Made by a program: the position numbers and the translations under genes. Shown one piece after another: positions 1 to 9,218 of a DNA stretch of 59,261 nucleotides. Location: the NCBI GenBank assembly GCA_039591655.1, contig JBDHDE010000033.1:1-59261 (forward strand). The letters run 5' to 3'. The notes under the pieces are model-generated. The model was not told the origin of the DNA. It saw only the letters and a program-made list of their open reading frames with translations, and ran no database searches. Source of the DNA: Gemmatimonadota bacterium (GTDB taxonomy: Bacteria > Gemmatimonadota > Gemmatimonadetes > Gemmatimonadales > GWC2-71-9). How positions within the stretch are numbered: position 1 is the stretch's first letter; each line of letters begins with the position of its first letter.

Positions 1-1
1 C

Positions 2-823
2 CTGGACGACTGGCTGGCGGGGCGGGGCATCCCCATCGTGGAGGGTGTGGACACCCGGCGCCTGGCACGCCACATCCGGTCAGCCGGCGCCATGCGGGGC
101 ATCGTAGCCCCCGGTGAGGCACCGACCGACGAGGTCCGGGGGCAGCTCGAGACCAGCCCCCGGATGGAGGGCCTCGATCTCGCATCCCAGGCGACCGTGC
201 CGGGGGAGCAGGTCGTGGGCGATCCGGAGGCCCAGCGTCACGTGGTAGCGTACGACTTCGGCATGAAACGGAATATCCTGCGGCTGTTCGCCGCGCTGGA
301 CTGCCGCGTCACGGTGGTTCCAGCCACTACCCCCGCCGCCCGGGTGCGGGAGCTGGCCCCGGACGGCCTGTTCCTTTCGAATGGCCCCGGCGACCCGGCG
401 GCGGTGAAGTACGTGCTCCCCGAGATCCGCTCGCTCCTGGAGGCCGGGGTCCCGACCTTCGGGATCTGCCTCGGGCACCAGCTCATCGCCCTGGCCCTGG
501 GGGGGGAGACCGCCAAACTCCCCTACGGCCATCGGGGAGGGAATCACCCCGTGAGGGACCTCGATTCGGGGCGGGTTCTCATCACCAGTCAGAACCACGG
601 ATTTGCAGTAACGGGAAGCAGTAAGGGGGTCTCAGGTGTCAAATCACTTGAGGTGACGCACCTTAACCTCAATGATGGCACCGTAGAAGGCCTACGGCAC
701 AGGGACCTCCCCATTAGCGCTGTGCAGTACCATCCTGAGGCCTCCCCGGGTCCCCACGATGCCAGGGGACACTTCGCCCGGTTCGCCCAAGCCCTTGACA
801 GTCAACAGGTAAGCCCATATTAA
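2..823 (+). CDS. carA: Carbamoyl-phosphate synthase small subunit (5'-truncated by window edge)
   Basis: [23 protein letters not shown] (catalytic Cys), [29 protein letters not shown] motifs; frame open from base 2. Confidence 0.97.
   Translation: MDDWLAGRGIPIVEGVDTRRLARHIRSAGAMRGIVAPGEAPTDEVRGQLETSPRMEGLDLASQATVPGEQVVGDPEAQRHVVAYDFGMKRNILRLFAALDCRVTVVPATTPAARVRELAPDGLFLSNGPGDPAAVKYVLPEIRSLLEAGVPTFGICLGHQLIALALGGETAKLPYGHRGGNHPVRDLDSGRVLITSQNHGFAVTGSSKGVSGVKSLEVTHLNLNDGTVEGLRHRDLPISAVQYHPEASPGPHDARGHFARFAQALDSQQVSPY
795..823 (+). promoter_or_regulatory. Putative sigma70 promoter for the HU/IHF gene, inside the carA 3' end
   Basis: TTGACA (795-800), 17 nt spacer, TATTAA (818-823). Confidence 0.5.
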
Positions 824-890
824 TGACGGCCCAAGTGCGCACCTGAGGGTGCCAAATTCCGCCATTCCCGGGCCAAGCGAGCGAGGAACA

Positions 891-1214
891 ATGACCAAGG
901 CGGATCTCGTCGAGAAAGTCACGGCCGCGATAGCCCGAACTGCGGGCCCGATGATCTCGAAGAAGGACTGCGCACGGGTCGTCGACGCGTTCCTCGATGC
1001 CATCAAGGGCGCGTTGGCCGACCAGAACAACATCGAAATCAGAGGGTTCGGGACCTTCAAGATCCGGATGCGGAAGACCCGCATGGCCCGGAACCCCCGC
1101 ACCGGAGACCCGGTCGAGGTCGCTGCGCGGCCGGTCCCGGTCTTCAAGCCGTCCAAGGAGCTGCGCGGCATGGTGGCGGAGCAGGCCGAGCAAGAGGCCT
1201 CCCGACAGCAGTGA
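891..1214 (+). CDS. HU/IHF family DNA-binding protein
   Basis: MTKADLVEKV, IEIRGFGTF, ARNPRTG, PVFKPSKEL; ATG 891 preceded by GAGG. Confidence 0.95.
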   Translation: MTKADLVEKVTAAIARTAGPMISKKDCARVVDAFLDAIKGALADQNNIEIRGFGTFKIRMRKTRMARNPRTGDPVEVAARPVPVFKPSKELRGMVAEQAEQEASRQQ

Positions 1215-1322
1215 CCGACTGAATCGCAGACCCCGAGCATGCGACGGGGCGGCTGCCACTGGGCAGCCGCCCCGTTGTGCTTCCCGGCCGGCGCTGGGCT
1301 GGAGCGAGGTACGCGACCCCGC

Positions 1323-3935
1323 CTAGTGTCGGTCCCGGAAGGCCTCCCACAGCCTGGTGTGCCTGCTCTCCAGGGACACCTCTTCCCCGGCGATGAATGC
1401 CCGCTCGACCCGAGTCACGATCTGCAGCGGGTCGCCTGTCGTGACGATCAGGTCGGCCCGCTTGCCGGCCTCGATGCTCCCCAGCTCCCCTCCCAGGCCG
1501 AGGATCTCGGCCGGGGTGAGAGTCACTGCGCGCAGCGCCACGTCCCGGGGAAGGCCGTAGGCGGCGGAGCGCGCCCCGTGGTACGGCAGGTTCCGCGCCT
1601 GGCCCACGCTGGACGTGCCGAAGGCCACTGTGACCCCCGCCGCGTGGAGCATCGCCGCGTTTTCCCATGCCGTCGTGACCGGGTCCTCGCGATCGCTCGT
1701 GAGCCCAATGGCCGAGGTAACGATCACCGGGATCTCGCGCTGGGCCAGCTCATCGGCCAACCGGAACGCGTGATCACCACCCAGGATGACCGGCTTCACA
1801 TCGGGGAAGCTGTCCAGGAACAGGAGCAGCGATCTGATGTTCCGCTCCTGAGACGCCCAGAAGAACACCGGCACGCGGCCCGTGACCGCGGGCACCATGG
1901 CCTCCAGGAAGAGGGCGTCGCGGTTCGTGACGTTGGGCTCGAACGGGGCGGTGGGGTCGTCGGCCGTGCTGGGGCGCCGCGCATAGAGCGTAGCGCGCTC
2001 GAACAGCGCCACGAACTCCTCAATGTCATCACCCTCCAGGGAGGGGTCGTCCCATTGCTCGCCGTCCGGGTTGGGGAAGTCGATGACCAGGGCGGCGGTG
2101 TCCTTGATCGCCATGCGCTCCGGAGTGTCGCCGGACAGCTGAATGACAGTGCCCATGCCCCGGATGATCCCGCTGGCCGGCGCGCTCATGGCCGTGGTGA
2201 TCCCGTTGGCCCGGGCCACCGGGATTGCCTCGGCGTGAGGGTTGATACCGGTGAGCGCCCGGATCTGGGGGTTGTAGCGGCCCACCTCACGGTCGTCCCG
2301 GCTGGCCGGTACCTGGCCGATCTCGACCATCCCCAGCTGGTTGATGGGATCGATCAGTCCGGGGTAGACGTGCTTGCCCGCCAGGTTGATCACCTGCGCG
2401 CCCTGCGGGATCGCCAGAGCGGACGCTGGCCCGACGTCGGCGACGCGACCGTCGGCGATGAGCACGACGCCGTCGGAGATGGGAGGGCCCGACACCGGAT
2501 GCACCGTGGCTCCCACGAGGGCCGTGACGGGGCCCTCCGGGGCGGCCCGGGAGACGGTCCCGACCGCATCGGCGGGCGCTGCCTGGGGCGCCGCCGCCAG
2601 CGTTGTTGCCGCCACCCGCGGGATGGTTCGCACCGGCTCGCCCCGCGTCTCGGCCTCGCGCCGCCAGTCGTAGTAGACGATACCGTCCACGATGGTCTTC
2701 TCGACCCGGGTGTAGACATCGAACGGATCTCCGGTGAGCAGCACGATGTCGCCCTGCTTACCCACCTCGATGGTGCCGACCTCGTCCTCGATGTGGAGCT
2801 GCTCGGCAGGGTAGCGCGTGAGCATCCGCAGGGCGTCCTCGCGGGAGACCCCACCGTACTTCACAGGCTTGTTGAGCTCGTAGACGAAGAACGCCTGTAG
2901 CAGCTGGCTGTCGGAATTGAGCGTGGTCAGCACCCCGTGGCGGTGCATGATCGCCGGGTTGTAGGGCGTCGCGTCGTACGCCTCCAGCTTGTACATCCAC
3001 CAGTCGGCGAACGTGGAGCCCCCGGCACCGTGGGCAGCCATCTCGTCGGCGACCTTGTACCCCTCGAGCACGTGGGTGAAGACGTCAATGGTGAAGCCGA
3101 ACCGCTCAGCCACCCGCATCAGCATCAGGATCTCGTCGCCCCGGTAGGAGTGGGCGTGGACCAGGATCCGCCCCTCCATGATGTCCATCAGGGCCTCGAG
3201 CCTGAGGTCGCGGCGGGGTGGCGTGCGGTGGCTCCGGGGATTCCGGCGGTACTCGTCCCACGCCCGCCTGTACTCCTGCGCAGCCGTGAACGCCTGGACG
3301 TAGACCGCCTCCACTCCCTGGCGTGACAGGGGGAACCGCTGCGGGCCGTCGGTCTGCCACGCCTTGCGGGTCACGTTCTCGCCCAGGGCGAACTTGACCG
3401 TCTGCGGGGCGCCCTGCACCAGGAGCTGCCGCGGGTCGTCCATACCCCAGCGGGTCTTGATGATGGCGCTCTGAGCGCCGATGGGGTTGCAGCTTCCGTG
3501 GAGCACCTGCGCCACGGTGACCCCGCCCGAGAGCGCGCGGTAGATGGAGTAGCTCTCGTGATCCAGCACGTCCATCACCCGCAGCTCAGGCACGACGGGA
3601 GCCGTGCACTCGTTCACGTTCCGCATGGCAATGTGCGAGTGCTCGTCCACCAACCCGGGGATCGCCGTATAGCCGGCGCCCTCGACCACCGTTACACCGG
3701 ACGGCGGCGTGAGGCCCGCGCCGATGCGACGAATCACGCCGTCGCGGATGAGGATGGACACCTCGCGGAGCACGGTATCGGTGGCGGTCCAGACGGCGTC
3801 CAAGTCGCGAATGAAGAGATCGCCCCGCGGCACCTCCACCGCACCCGGCTCGATCTGCGGCCTCCACTGGGCTGCCGCGGGGGCCGCGGCCAGAACCGGC
3901 AGCGCCAGCATCAGAATCGTGCGGATGCCTCTCAT
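1323..3935 (-). CDS. Secreted tandem two-domain amidohydrolase family protein
   Basis: Signal peptide; domain 1 has PGLVDEHSH, HAH, FTH, NSD metal ligands; domain 2 has PGLIDPINQ (no HxH) and GSIEAGKRADL. Confidence 0.88.
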   Translation of the reverse strand: MRGIRTILMLALPVLAAAPAAAQWRPQIEPGAVEVPRGDLFIRDLDAVWTATDTVLREVSILIRDGVIRRIGAGLTPPSGVTVVEGAGYTAIPGLVDEHSHIAMRNVNECTAPVVPELRVMDVLDHESYSIYRALSGGVTVAQVLHGSCNPIGAQSAIIKTRWGMDDPRQLLVQGAPQTVKFALGENVTRKAWQTDGPQRFPLSRQGVEAVYVQAFTAAQEYRRAWDEYRRNPRSHRTPPRRDLRLEALMDIMEGRILVHAHSYRGDEILMLMRVAERFGFTIDVFTHVLEGYKVADEMAAHGAGGSTFADWWMYKLEAYDATPYNPAIMHRHGVLTTLNSDSQLLQAFFVYELNKPVKYGGVSREDALRMLTRYPAEQLHIEDEVGTIEVGKQGDIVLLTGDPFDVYTRVEKTIVDGIVYYDWRREAETRGEPVRTIPRVAATTLAAAPQAAPADAVGTVSRAAPEGPVTALVGATVHPVSGPPISDGVVLIADGRVADVGPASALAIPQGAQVINLAGKHVYPGLIDPINQLGMVEIGQVPASRDDREVGRYNPQIRALTGINPHAEAIPVARANGITTAMSAPASGIIRGMGTVIQLSGDTPERMAIKDTAALVIDFPNPDGEQWDDPSLEGDDIEEFVALFERATLYARRPSTADDPTAPFEPNVTNRDALFLEAMVPAVTGRVPVFFWASQERNIRSLLLFLDSFPDVKPVILGGDHAFRLADELAQREIPVIVTSAIGLTSDREDPVTTAWENAAMLHAAGVTVAFGTSSVGQARNLPYHGARSAAYGLPRDVALRAVTLTPAEILGLGGELGSIEAGKRADLIVTTGDPLQIVTRVERAFIAGEEVSLESRHTRLWEAFRDRH

Positions 3936-5380
3936 CGGAGCACCTCCTCCTCCGGCGCGTCGGTGTCCTCGGTGGGGGCCTTGCCCTCCTCGAGCTCCCC
4001 CTCGACGAAGGTGTAGAGGATCTTCGTGTCCTCATCGAACAGCGGGCCGTCGGTCACCACGAAGGTCGCCGGCATCTGCTCCTCGACCCGCGCGAGATAC
4101 CCCACGCCGAGCAGCGAGGCCGGCGTACTGGTGAGCGCCGCCACGGCCTGCTCCTCGGTAAGCCCGTACTCGATCGCCTTCCGGGCGCCCTCGAGGAGAT
4201 CGGCCTCGCCACCGCCGCTGGTGAGTGCCAGCGACACCCCGGCCTGCGCCAGGCGGCCGGCGTTGGCGTAGATGTCTTCCAGCCGCTGCTTCTCCCGCTC
4301 CTCGGCGGCATCCAACGGCTCGGGCTCCTGAGCCTCCGCTGTATCGGGCTCCTCGGCCTCAGCGGTGTCGGGCTCCTCGGCCTCAGCGGTGTCGGGCTCC
4401 TCGGCCTCAGCGGTGTCGGGCTCCTCTTCGGGCTGCCAGCGCTCGGGCTCCGGGAAGTCCAGCGACACGAACACGGGGACCCCACGCGCCCTGAGCTCGC
4501 CGGCCACCTTCCACGCCTCGGCGCCCCCGACGATGACCGGCTGGAGCTCGTACTCCTCGGCCATCCCGAGGATCGTGCGGATGTCCAGGGCGCGGTCGGC
4601 GCGGAAGAAGACGCGCACCGCACCGCTCATTGCCTCGCGCAGCACTGCGTAGTCGGGATCCCAGGGCGGCGCCTTCATGCCCCGGGGGTCCTGCTGGTGC
4701 GCCGCCACGAGTATGCCGTGATGCCGCGCATCCTCGAGGCCCTGCCGGATCACCGCCGCCGCGCCGAAGATGGTCGAGGGGTACATGCCGTTGGCTCCCA
4801 CCAGGGCCATCTCGGGACCCAGCGCCGGTGCCAACACCAGCTCGGCGGTGGTCTCCGCATCCTTGCGGAGCAGCAGCACCGCTCCGCGTCCCGGCATCAG
4901 GGCTCCCCCCGGGTGCACTGCAACGGCGACCACGCCAGCCTGGCGCGCGTCCTCGAAGTCCGCGCCGCTCGCTGCGATATGGTCCACCACCCGGCGGTGA
5001 GGCTGGAAGCCCTGCGCGGCTCGCGGGGGGGCCCAGAAGGGGAGCTCGGACCGGTCTATTTCGGCTTCGGGGAACTCCACTTCGGCCTCACCGTAGGCAT
5101 CGATGAGCCCCGGATAGACCTCCAGCGAGTCGCCCTCGAGGAGCTTCGCGTCGGGCGGGATCGCGACGCCCGGGCCGATCGCCTCGATGAGGCCCCGACG
5201 CACCACGATGGTCAAGCCGGGGCGCCGGCTGCCGTCCGCGCTCACGACGGTGGCTCCCCGGATCGCGTAGGCGGCCGGCGGCGGCGGGTCGTCGACTTGG
5301 GCCGTCGCGGCGGCCGGCCAAGCAGCGCCGTGGAGCGTCGTGAGCAGCACGAGCGCGAGAAATGGGTTGGTGTTGCGCAT
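3932..5380 (-). CDS. Secreted amidohydrolase-fold protein, metal ligands degenerate
   Basis: Signal peptide; YPGLIDAYG where PGLIDxHxH is expected; 4-nt overlap with the downstream amidohydrolase. Confidence 0.8.
   Translation of the reverse strand: MRNTNPFLALVLLTTLHGAAWPAAATAQVDDPPPPAAYAIRGATVVSADGSRRPGLTIVVRRGLIEAIGPGVAIPPDAKLLEGDSLEVYPGLIDAYGEAEVEFPEAEIDRSELPFWAPPRAAQGFQPHRRVVDHIAASGADFEDARQAGVVAVAVHPGGALMPGRGAVLLLRKDAETTAELVLAPALGPEMALVGANGMYPSTIFGAAAVIRQGLEDARHHGILVAAHQQDPRGMKAPPWDPDYAVLREAMSGAVRVFFRADRALDIRTILGMAEEYELQPVIVGGAEAWKVAGELRARGVPVFVSLDFPEPERWQPEEEPDTAEAEEPDTAEAEEPDTAEAEEPDTAEAQEPEPLDAAEEREKQRLEDIYANAGRLAQAGVSLALTSGGGEADLLEGARKAIEYGLTEEQAVAALTSTPASLLGVGYLARVEEQMPATFVVTDGPLFDEDTKILYTFVEGELEEGKAPTEDTDAPEEEVLR
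4327..4422. repeat. In-frame 24-bp tandem repeat x4 (EPDTAEAE)
   Basis: CCTCGGCCTCAGCGGTGTCGGGCT exact at 4351, 4375, 4399; degenerate copy at 4327. Confidence 0.95.
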
Positions 5381-5616
5381 GGTCGGCTGATCCGTTGCTG
5401 GTTCGGCTTGTTCCGTGGGTCAGGAGCGGGCAACCTCACCGCGCGAACGGCGAGTGTCAAGCGCCCGCTGGTCACTCCCTCTACCAGATGGCATGCCGGG
5501 AGGTTGCACGTCCAGGCGCGGGAGCTGCCGGGCGACGCACGCAGGCTGCGCCCGGCGGAACCAGGCACGGTGCAGGATTGGTCGCGATATGTGACCAGGG
5601 TATATTTCCCGATTGT

Positions 5617-5901
5617 ATGCCTCCGCACCAAGAGCGAGCGGCTGCGCCCGTGACGATCAGCGTCTCCTGCCGGCTCTTCGCCCGGTACGCGGAGGCGCTC
5701 GGTCGGGACGAGTGCCGTCTCATCCTCCCGGCGCCGGCAACCGTCGCCGACGCAGTGCACCAGCTGCGCCACACGCTGACCGGGGGCGAGCAGCTCCCCG
5801 AGCGGCCGCTGGCGGCCGTCAACCGGGAGCACGCTTCGCCGGAGACGCCGCTCGCCGACGGTGACGAGCTGGCACTGCTGCCGCCGCTGGCCGGAGGCTA
5901 G
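5617..5901 (+). CDS. moaD: Molybdopterin synthase sulfur carrier subunit (start ATG 5617 or GTG 5650)
   Basis: LFA, AVN, LADGDELALLPPLAGG with C-terminal GG; adjacent to moaE. Confidence 0.9.
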   Translation: MPPHQERAAAPVTISVSCRLFARYAEALGRDECRLILPAPATVADAVHQLRHTLTGGEQLPERPLAAVNREHASPETPLADGDELALLPPLAGG

Positions 5902-5902
5902 C

Positions 5903-6310
5903 GTGGAGTACCTCACCCGCGACCCCATCGACGTGGTGGGTCTCATGGCGGCCGTGGGAGACAGCGGGTGTGGTGGCACAGTGGTGTTTCTCGGTTCCGT
6001 CCGCCGGGCACCGGAAGACGGTCCGGTCATTGCGATCGACTACGACGCCTATGAGGAGATGGCGGCCGCCGAGCTGGGGCGCATCGTGGAAGAGGCTAAG
6101 GTGCAGTGGCCGGGGGCGGGGCTGTCGGCGCAGCACCGGCTGGGCCGGGTCCCGCTGGGCGAGCCGAGCATCGCCGTGGTGGTGGCGGCTCCACACCGCA
6201 CCGAGGCGTTCGCGGCATGTCGCTGGGTGATCGATGAGGCAAAGCGACGGCTGCCGGTCTGGAAGAAGGAGCGCTTCGACGACGGCGCGGTGCGCTGGAG
6301 AGAGCAGTAA
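5903..6310 (+). CDS. moaE: Molybdopterin synthase catalytic subunit
   Basis: GGTVVFLGSVR, YDAYEEMA, HRLG, AAPHR, PVWKKE; GTG start just after moaD stop. Confidence 0.93.
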   Translation: MEYLTRDPIDVVGLMAAVGDSGCGGTVVFLGSVRRAPEDGPVIAIDYDAYEEMAAAELGRIVEEAKVQWPGAGLSAQHRLGRVPLGEPSIAVVVAAPHRTEAFAACRWVIDEAKRRLPVWKKERFDDGAVRWREQ

Positions 6311-6373
6311 CCGCAACGCGTAGCCGGCGTCAGCCGGTGCGCGAGGGGTGGATGGCGTGACGATGGGAGTGTC

Positions 6374-6901
6374 ATGGCGCTAGCGATCGCACTGATCGAG
6401 CCGCAGATCCCTCCCAATACCGGCAGCATCGCCCGGCTCTGTGCTGCGACCGGCGCTTCGCTTCACCTCGTCCGCCCACTCGGGTTCTCGCTCGAGGATC
6501 ACCGGCTCAAGCGCGCCGGGCTCGACTACTGGGACGCGGTGGATCTCTGGATCCATCCACACTGGCATGCGTTCCGCCACGCCGTGGCGCGGGACCGTTG
6601 CCTATACTTCTCAACTCACGGCACGCGGTCGTATTTGGCCGCACCGTACGCACCGAATTCCGTTCTCGTCTTCGGGAATGAGACCAAGGGGATGCCCGAG
6701 CGCATCCGGGAGAAGCACCCCGAGCGGGTCTTTCGCATCCCGATGGGCGAGGCCGTCCGGAGCCTGAACCTTGCCGCCTCAGCGGGGATCGTGCTGTACG
6801 AGGCGATCCGCCGCCTGGAGATTCCCATCGAGGCCGCACCGGCAGGTGTCCGCACGGAAGCACCTGCAAACACTTTGGATCAGGATGGGATGGGACGATG
6901 A
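6374..6901 (+). CDS. trmL: tRNA (cytidine/uridine(34)-2'-O)-methyltransferase, SPOUT family
   Basis: [30 protein letters not shown]. Confidence 0.93.
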   Translation: MALAIALIEPQIPPNTGSIARLCAATGASLHLVRPLGFSLEDHRLKRAGLDYWDAVDLWIHPHWHAFRHAVARDRCLYFSTHGTRSYLAAPYAPNSVLVFGNETKGMPERIREKHPERVFRIPMGEAVRSLNLAASAGIVLYEAIRRLEIPIEAAPAGVRTEAPANTLDQDGMGR

Positions 6902-7824
6902 AGAAGATTACCGTAGTGGGAGCAGGCCACGTTGGTGCCACCACGGCGCAGCGCCTGGCGGAGAAGGAGCTGGCGCGAGAGGTGGTGCTGGTGGACATCC
7001 TGGAGGGCATCCCGACAGGGAAGGGGCTCGACCAGACCCAGTCCGGACCCGTCGAGGGGTTCGACACCCCCGTGATCGGCGCCAACGATTACGGGCCCGC
7101 CAAGGGAAGCGAGATCTTCGTGGTGACGGCCGGGATTCCGCGCAAGCCCGGCATGAGCCGCGACGATCTGGTCAAGACCAACGCCGACATCGTGAAGTCG
7201 GTCAGTCAGGAGATCAAGAAGGTCGCCCCCAAATCGATCATCATCTTGGTCTCGAACCCGCTCGACGTCATGGCGTGGGTAGCCAAGGAGGTTACCGGAT
7301 TCCCGCGTGAGCGTGTCGTGGGCATGGCGGGCATTCTCGATACCGCCCGCTTCCGTACCTTCCTCTCCGAGGCTATCGGCATCTCGGTCGAGGACATTCA
7401 GGCCATGGTGCTGGGCGGACACGGCGACTCGATGGTGCCCCTCATCTCCTACACCACCGTCTCCGGTATCCCGGTGACGCAGATGATCGACAGGGAGAAG
7501 CTCGACGCCATCGTGGCGCGTACCCGCAAGGGCGGCGGCGAGATCGTGAGCTACCTGAAGACGGGCTCGGCCTACTACGCGCCGTCCTCGGGTGCCGTCC
7601 AGATGGTCGAGGCCATCGTGAAGGACAAGAAGCGGCTGCTCCCCTGCGCCGCCTGGCTCGAAGGCGAGTTCGGGCTCAGCGGCTTGTTCGTCGGCGTGCC
7701 CTGCAAGCTGGGCGCAGGCGGCATGGAGAAGATCGTGGAGATCGAGCTGACGGCCGAGGAGCAGGCTGCACTCGAGAAGTCCGCCGAGGCGGTCAAGAAG
7801 ACATGGGGCGTGGTCAAGCTCTAG
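6898..7824 (+). CDS. mdh: Malate dehydrogenase (LDH-like)
   Basis: [44 protein letters not shown]. Confidence 0.96.
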   Translation: MKKITVVGAGHVGATTAQRLAEKELAREVVLVDILEGIPTGKGLDQTQSGPVEGFDTPVIGANDYGPAKGSEIFVVTAGIPRKPGMSRDDLVKTNADIVKSVSQEIKKVAPKSIIILVSNPLDVMAWVAKEVTGFPRERVVGMAGILDTARFRTFLSEAIGISVEDIQAMVLGGHGDSMVPLISYTTVSGIPVTQMIDREKLDAIVARTRKGGGEIVSYLKTGSAYYAPSSGAVQMVEAIVKDKKRLLPCAAWLEGEFGLSGLFVGVPCKLGAGGMEKIVEIELTAEEQAALEKSAEAVKKTWGVVKL

Positions 7825-7921
7825 GCCTGCCCACCGGCTCGCTGGCCACAGAGTACGGCCTGGCCCTTTGTGGGCCAGGCCGTAGTTTTGTCAGCCAACC
7901 ATCCACACCGGAGGTCTCGCA

Positions 7922-8473
7922 ATGGACGTCACAATCCTCTCGTTGTGGCTCCCCATCCTCCTCTCAGCCATCATCGTCTGGATCCTCAGTGCCTTGATCT
8001 GGACCGTCTTGCCCCACCGCAAGAACGAGTACAGCGGCGTACCGAACGAGGAGGCGGTCCGCAGCGCGCTGAAGGGAGCCGGTCCAGGCCAGTACTGGAT
8101 GCCGTGGGGCCAGGACATGAAGGACGAGGCCCTGAAGCAGAAGTACCAGGAGGGCCCGACGGGCATCGTGCAGCTGTGGCAGCCGGGATTGCCCAACATG
8201 CCCAGGAGCATGGTGCTGTCCTTCCTGTTCTACGTAGTCGTGGGGATCGTGGTGGCGTACATCACGAGCCGCACGCTGGCGACGGGCACGGAGTACCTCC
8301 AGGTGCACCGGGTAGCGGGCTGCACCGCGTGGCTCGCTTACGCCTTCGCGGTCATCCCCGACTCCATCTGGTTCGGCAGGCCGTGGAACTCCACGGCGAA
8401 GACCGTGATCGAGGCGCTGGTGTACGGGCTGTTCACAGGGGGCGTGTTCGGCTGGTTGTGGCCCGGCGCGTAG
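7922..8473 (+). CDS. Hypothetical integral membrane protein (about 4 TM helices)
   Basis: GGAGG RBS; hydrophobic segments; genome-typical codon use. Confidence 0.75.
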   Translation: MDVTILSLWLPILLSAIIVWILSALIWTVLPHRKNEYSGVPNEEAVRSALKGAGPGQYWMPWGQDMKDEALKQKYQEGPTGIVQLWQPGLPNMPRSMVLSFLFYVVVGIVVAYITSRTLATGTEYLQVHRVAGCTAWLAYAFAVIPDSIWFGRPWNSTAKTVIEALVYGLFTGGVFGWLWPGA

Positions 8474-8477
8474 GGCG

Positions 8478-8888
8478 CTAGGGACCCTCGTACACCACGT
8501 AGTTGCGGGGCGTCTCCCACAGGGTGAGCCGTGCCAGCTCACCTGGGAGGCGCCCTTCGAGCAGCCGCCAGATGACCACGACGAGGTTCTCGGTCGTGGG
8601 GTTGAGGTCGCGGAACTCCGGCACATCGAGGTTCAGGTTCTTGTGGTCCAGGTAGGCCACGACGCGCTCCACGACGACCTGTTTGACCGAGTCCAGGCTC
8701 GCCACGAATCCCGTCACCGGATCCACCTCACCGCGCACCGAGACCTCGAGCTCGTAGTTGTGGCCGTGGTAGTTGGGATTGTTGCAGCGCCCGAACACCT
8801 TGCGATTGTCCTCGTCGGATAGGGCAGGGCTGTGCAGCCGGTGCGCCGCGTTGAAGTGCACCCGGCGGGTGACGGTCACGGTGGGCAT
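8478..8888 (-). CDS. 6-pyruvoyl/6-carboxy-tetrahydropterin synthase (PTPS/QueD family, CX5HGH type)
   Basis: FNAAHRL, CNNPNYHGHNY, LDHKNLN, TTEN, LWETP. Confidence 0.92.
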   Translation of the reverse strand: MPTVTVTRRVHFNAAHRLHSPALSDEDNRKVFGRCNNPNYHGHNYELEVSVRGEVDPVTGFVASLDSVKQVVVERVVAYLDHKNLNLDVPEFRDLNPTTENLVVVIWRLLEGRLPGELARLTLWETPRNYVVYEGP

Positions 8889-8948
8889 GGGTGGTAGTTA
8901 GGCGCCGCGTGGCGGCGGCGTCAACCACTCTGCGCCCGGGGGTGTGCC

Positions 8949-9161
8949 TCACCGCCGCGCCCTGAAGAAAGCCCGTCGCTCGTGGGAGGGACCTACCTCC
9001 GCGAACTGCAGTTCGCCAGGCCTCCCTGAAGGCCAGCCTCTATCGCAAACGGTCTCCCTCCATTTACGAGCTGCTCTCGCAACGCGCTGCACTGACGTTC
9101 GCTCCGGCAGGTCCCTCACGACTCGCTCGACCACCAAGAGGCACACCCCCTCGCCCTCCAC
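8949..9161 (-). CDS. Possible small hypothetical protein (70 aa)
   Basis: Fills an otherwise empty gap; TAGAAT -10-like box on the - strand at 9194-9189; no recognisable motif. Confidence 0.3.
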   Translation of the reverse strand: MEGEGVCLLVVERVVRDLPERTSVQRVARAARKWRETVCDRGWPSGRPGELQFAEVGPSHERRAFFRARR

Positions 9162-9175
9162 CTGGCGCCAGTCCG

Positions 9176-9204
9176 TTGACCCACACCTATTCTATTGCTA
9201 CTAT
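9176..9204 (+). promoter_or_regulatory. Sigma70 promoter with extended -10 for the NlpC/P60 and AhpD-like genes
   Basis: TTGACC (9176-9181), 17 nt spacer, TG-c-TACTAT (9196-9204) in an AT-rich patch. Confidence 0.7.
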
Positions 9205-9218
9205 TGGAGTTACACTAC

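Noticed and set aside
1239..2900. Long antisense or alternate-frame ORFs (also 18664-20391, 23976-25472, 33011-35734, 36988-38895, 38255-39724, 47583-49163)
   Set aside because: They are shadows of well-supported genes on the other strand, expected in high-GC DNA, and show no protein motifs.
4327..4422. Tandem repeats here and in nusA as possible CRISPR arrays
   Set aside because: No unique spacers, unit lengths are multiples of 3 inside coding sequence, and there are no cas genes.
5460..5600. Hairpins upstream of moaD (CTGCCGGGCG/CGCCCGGCGG; TGGTCGC/GTGACCA) as a Moco riboswitch
   Set aside because: I could not match the conserved Moco motif elements by eye, and GC-rich stems arise by chance; an Rfam scan is needed.
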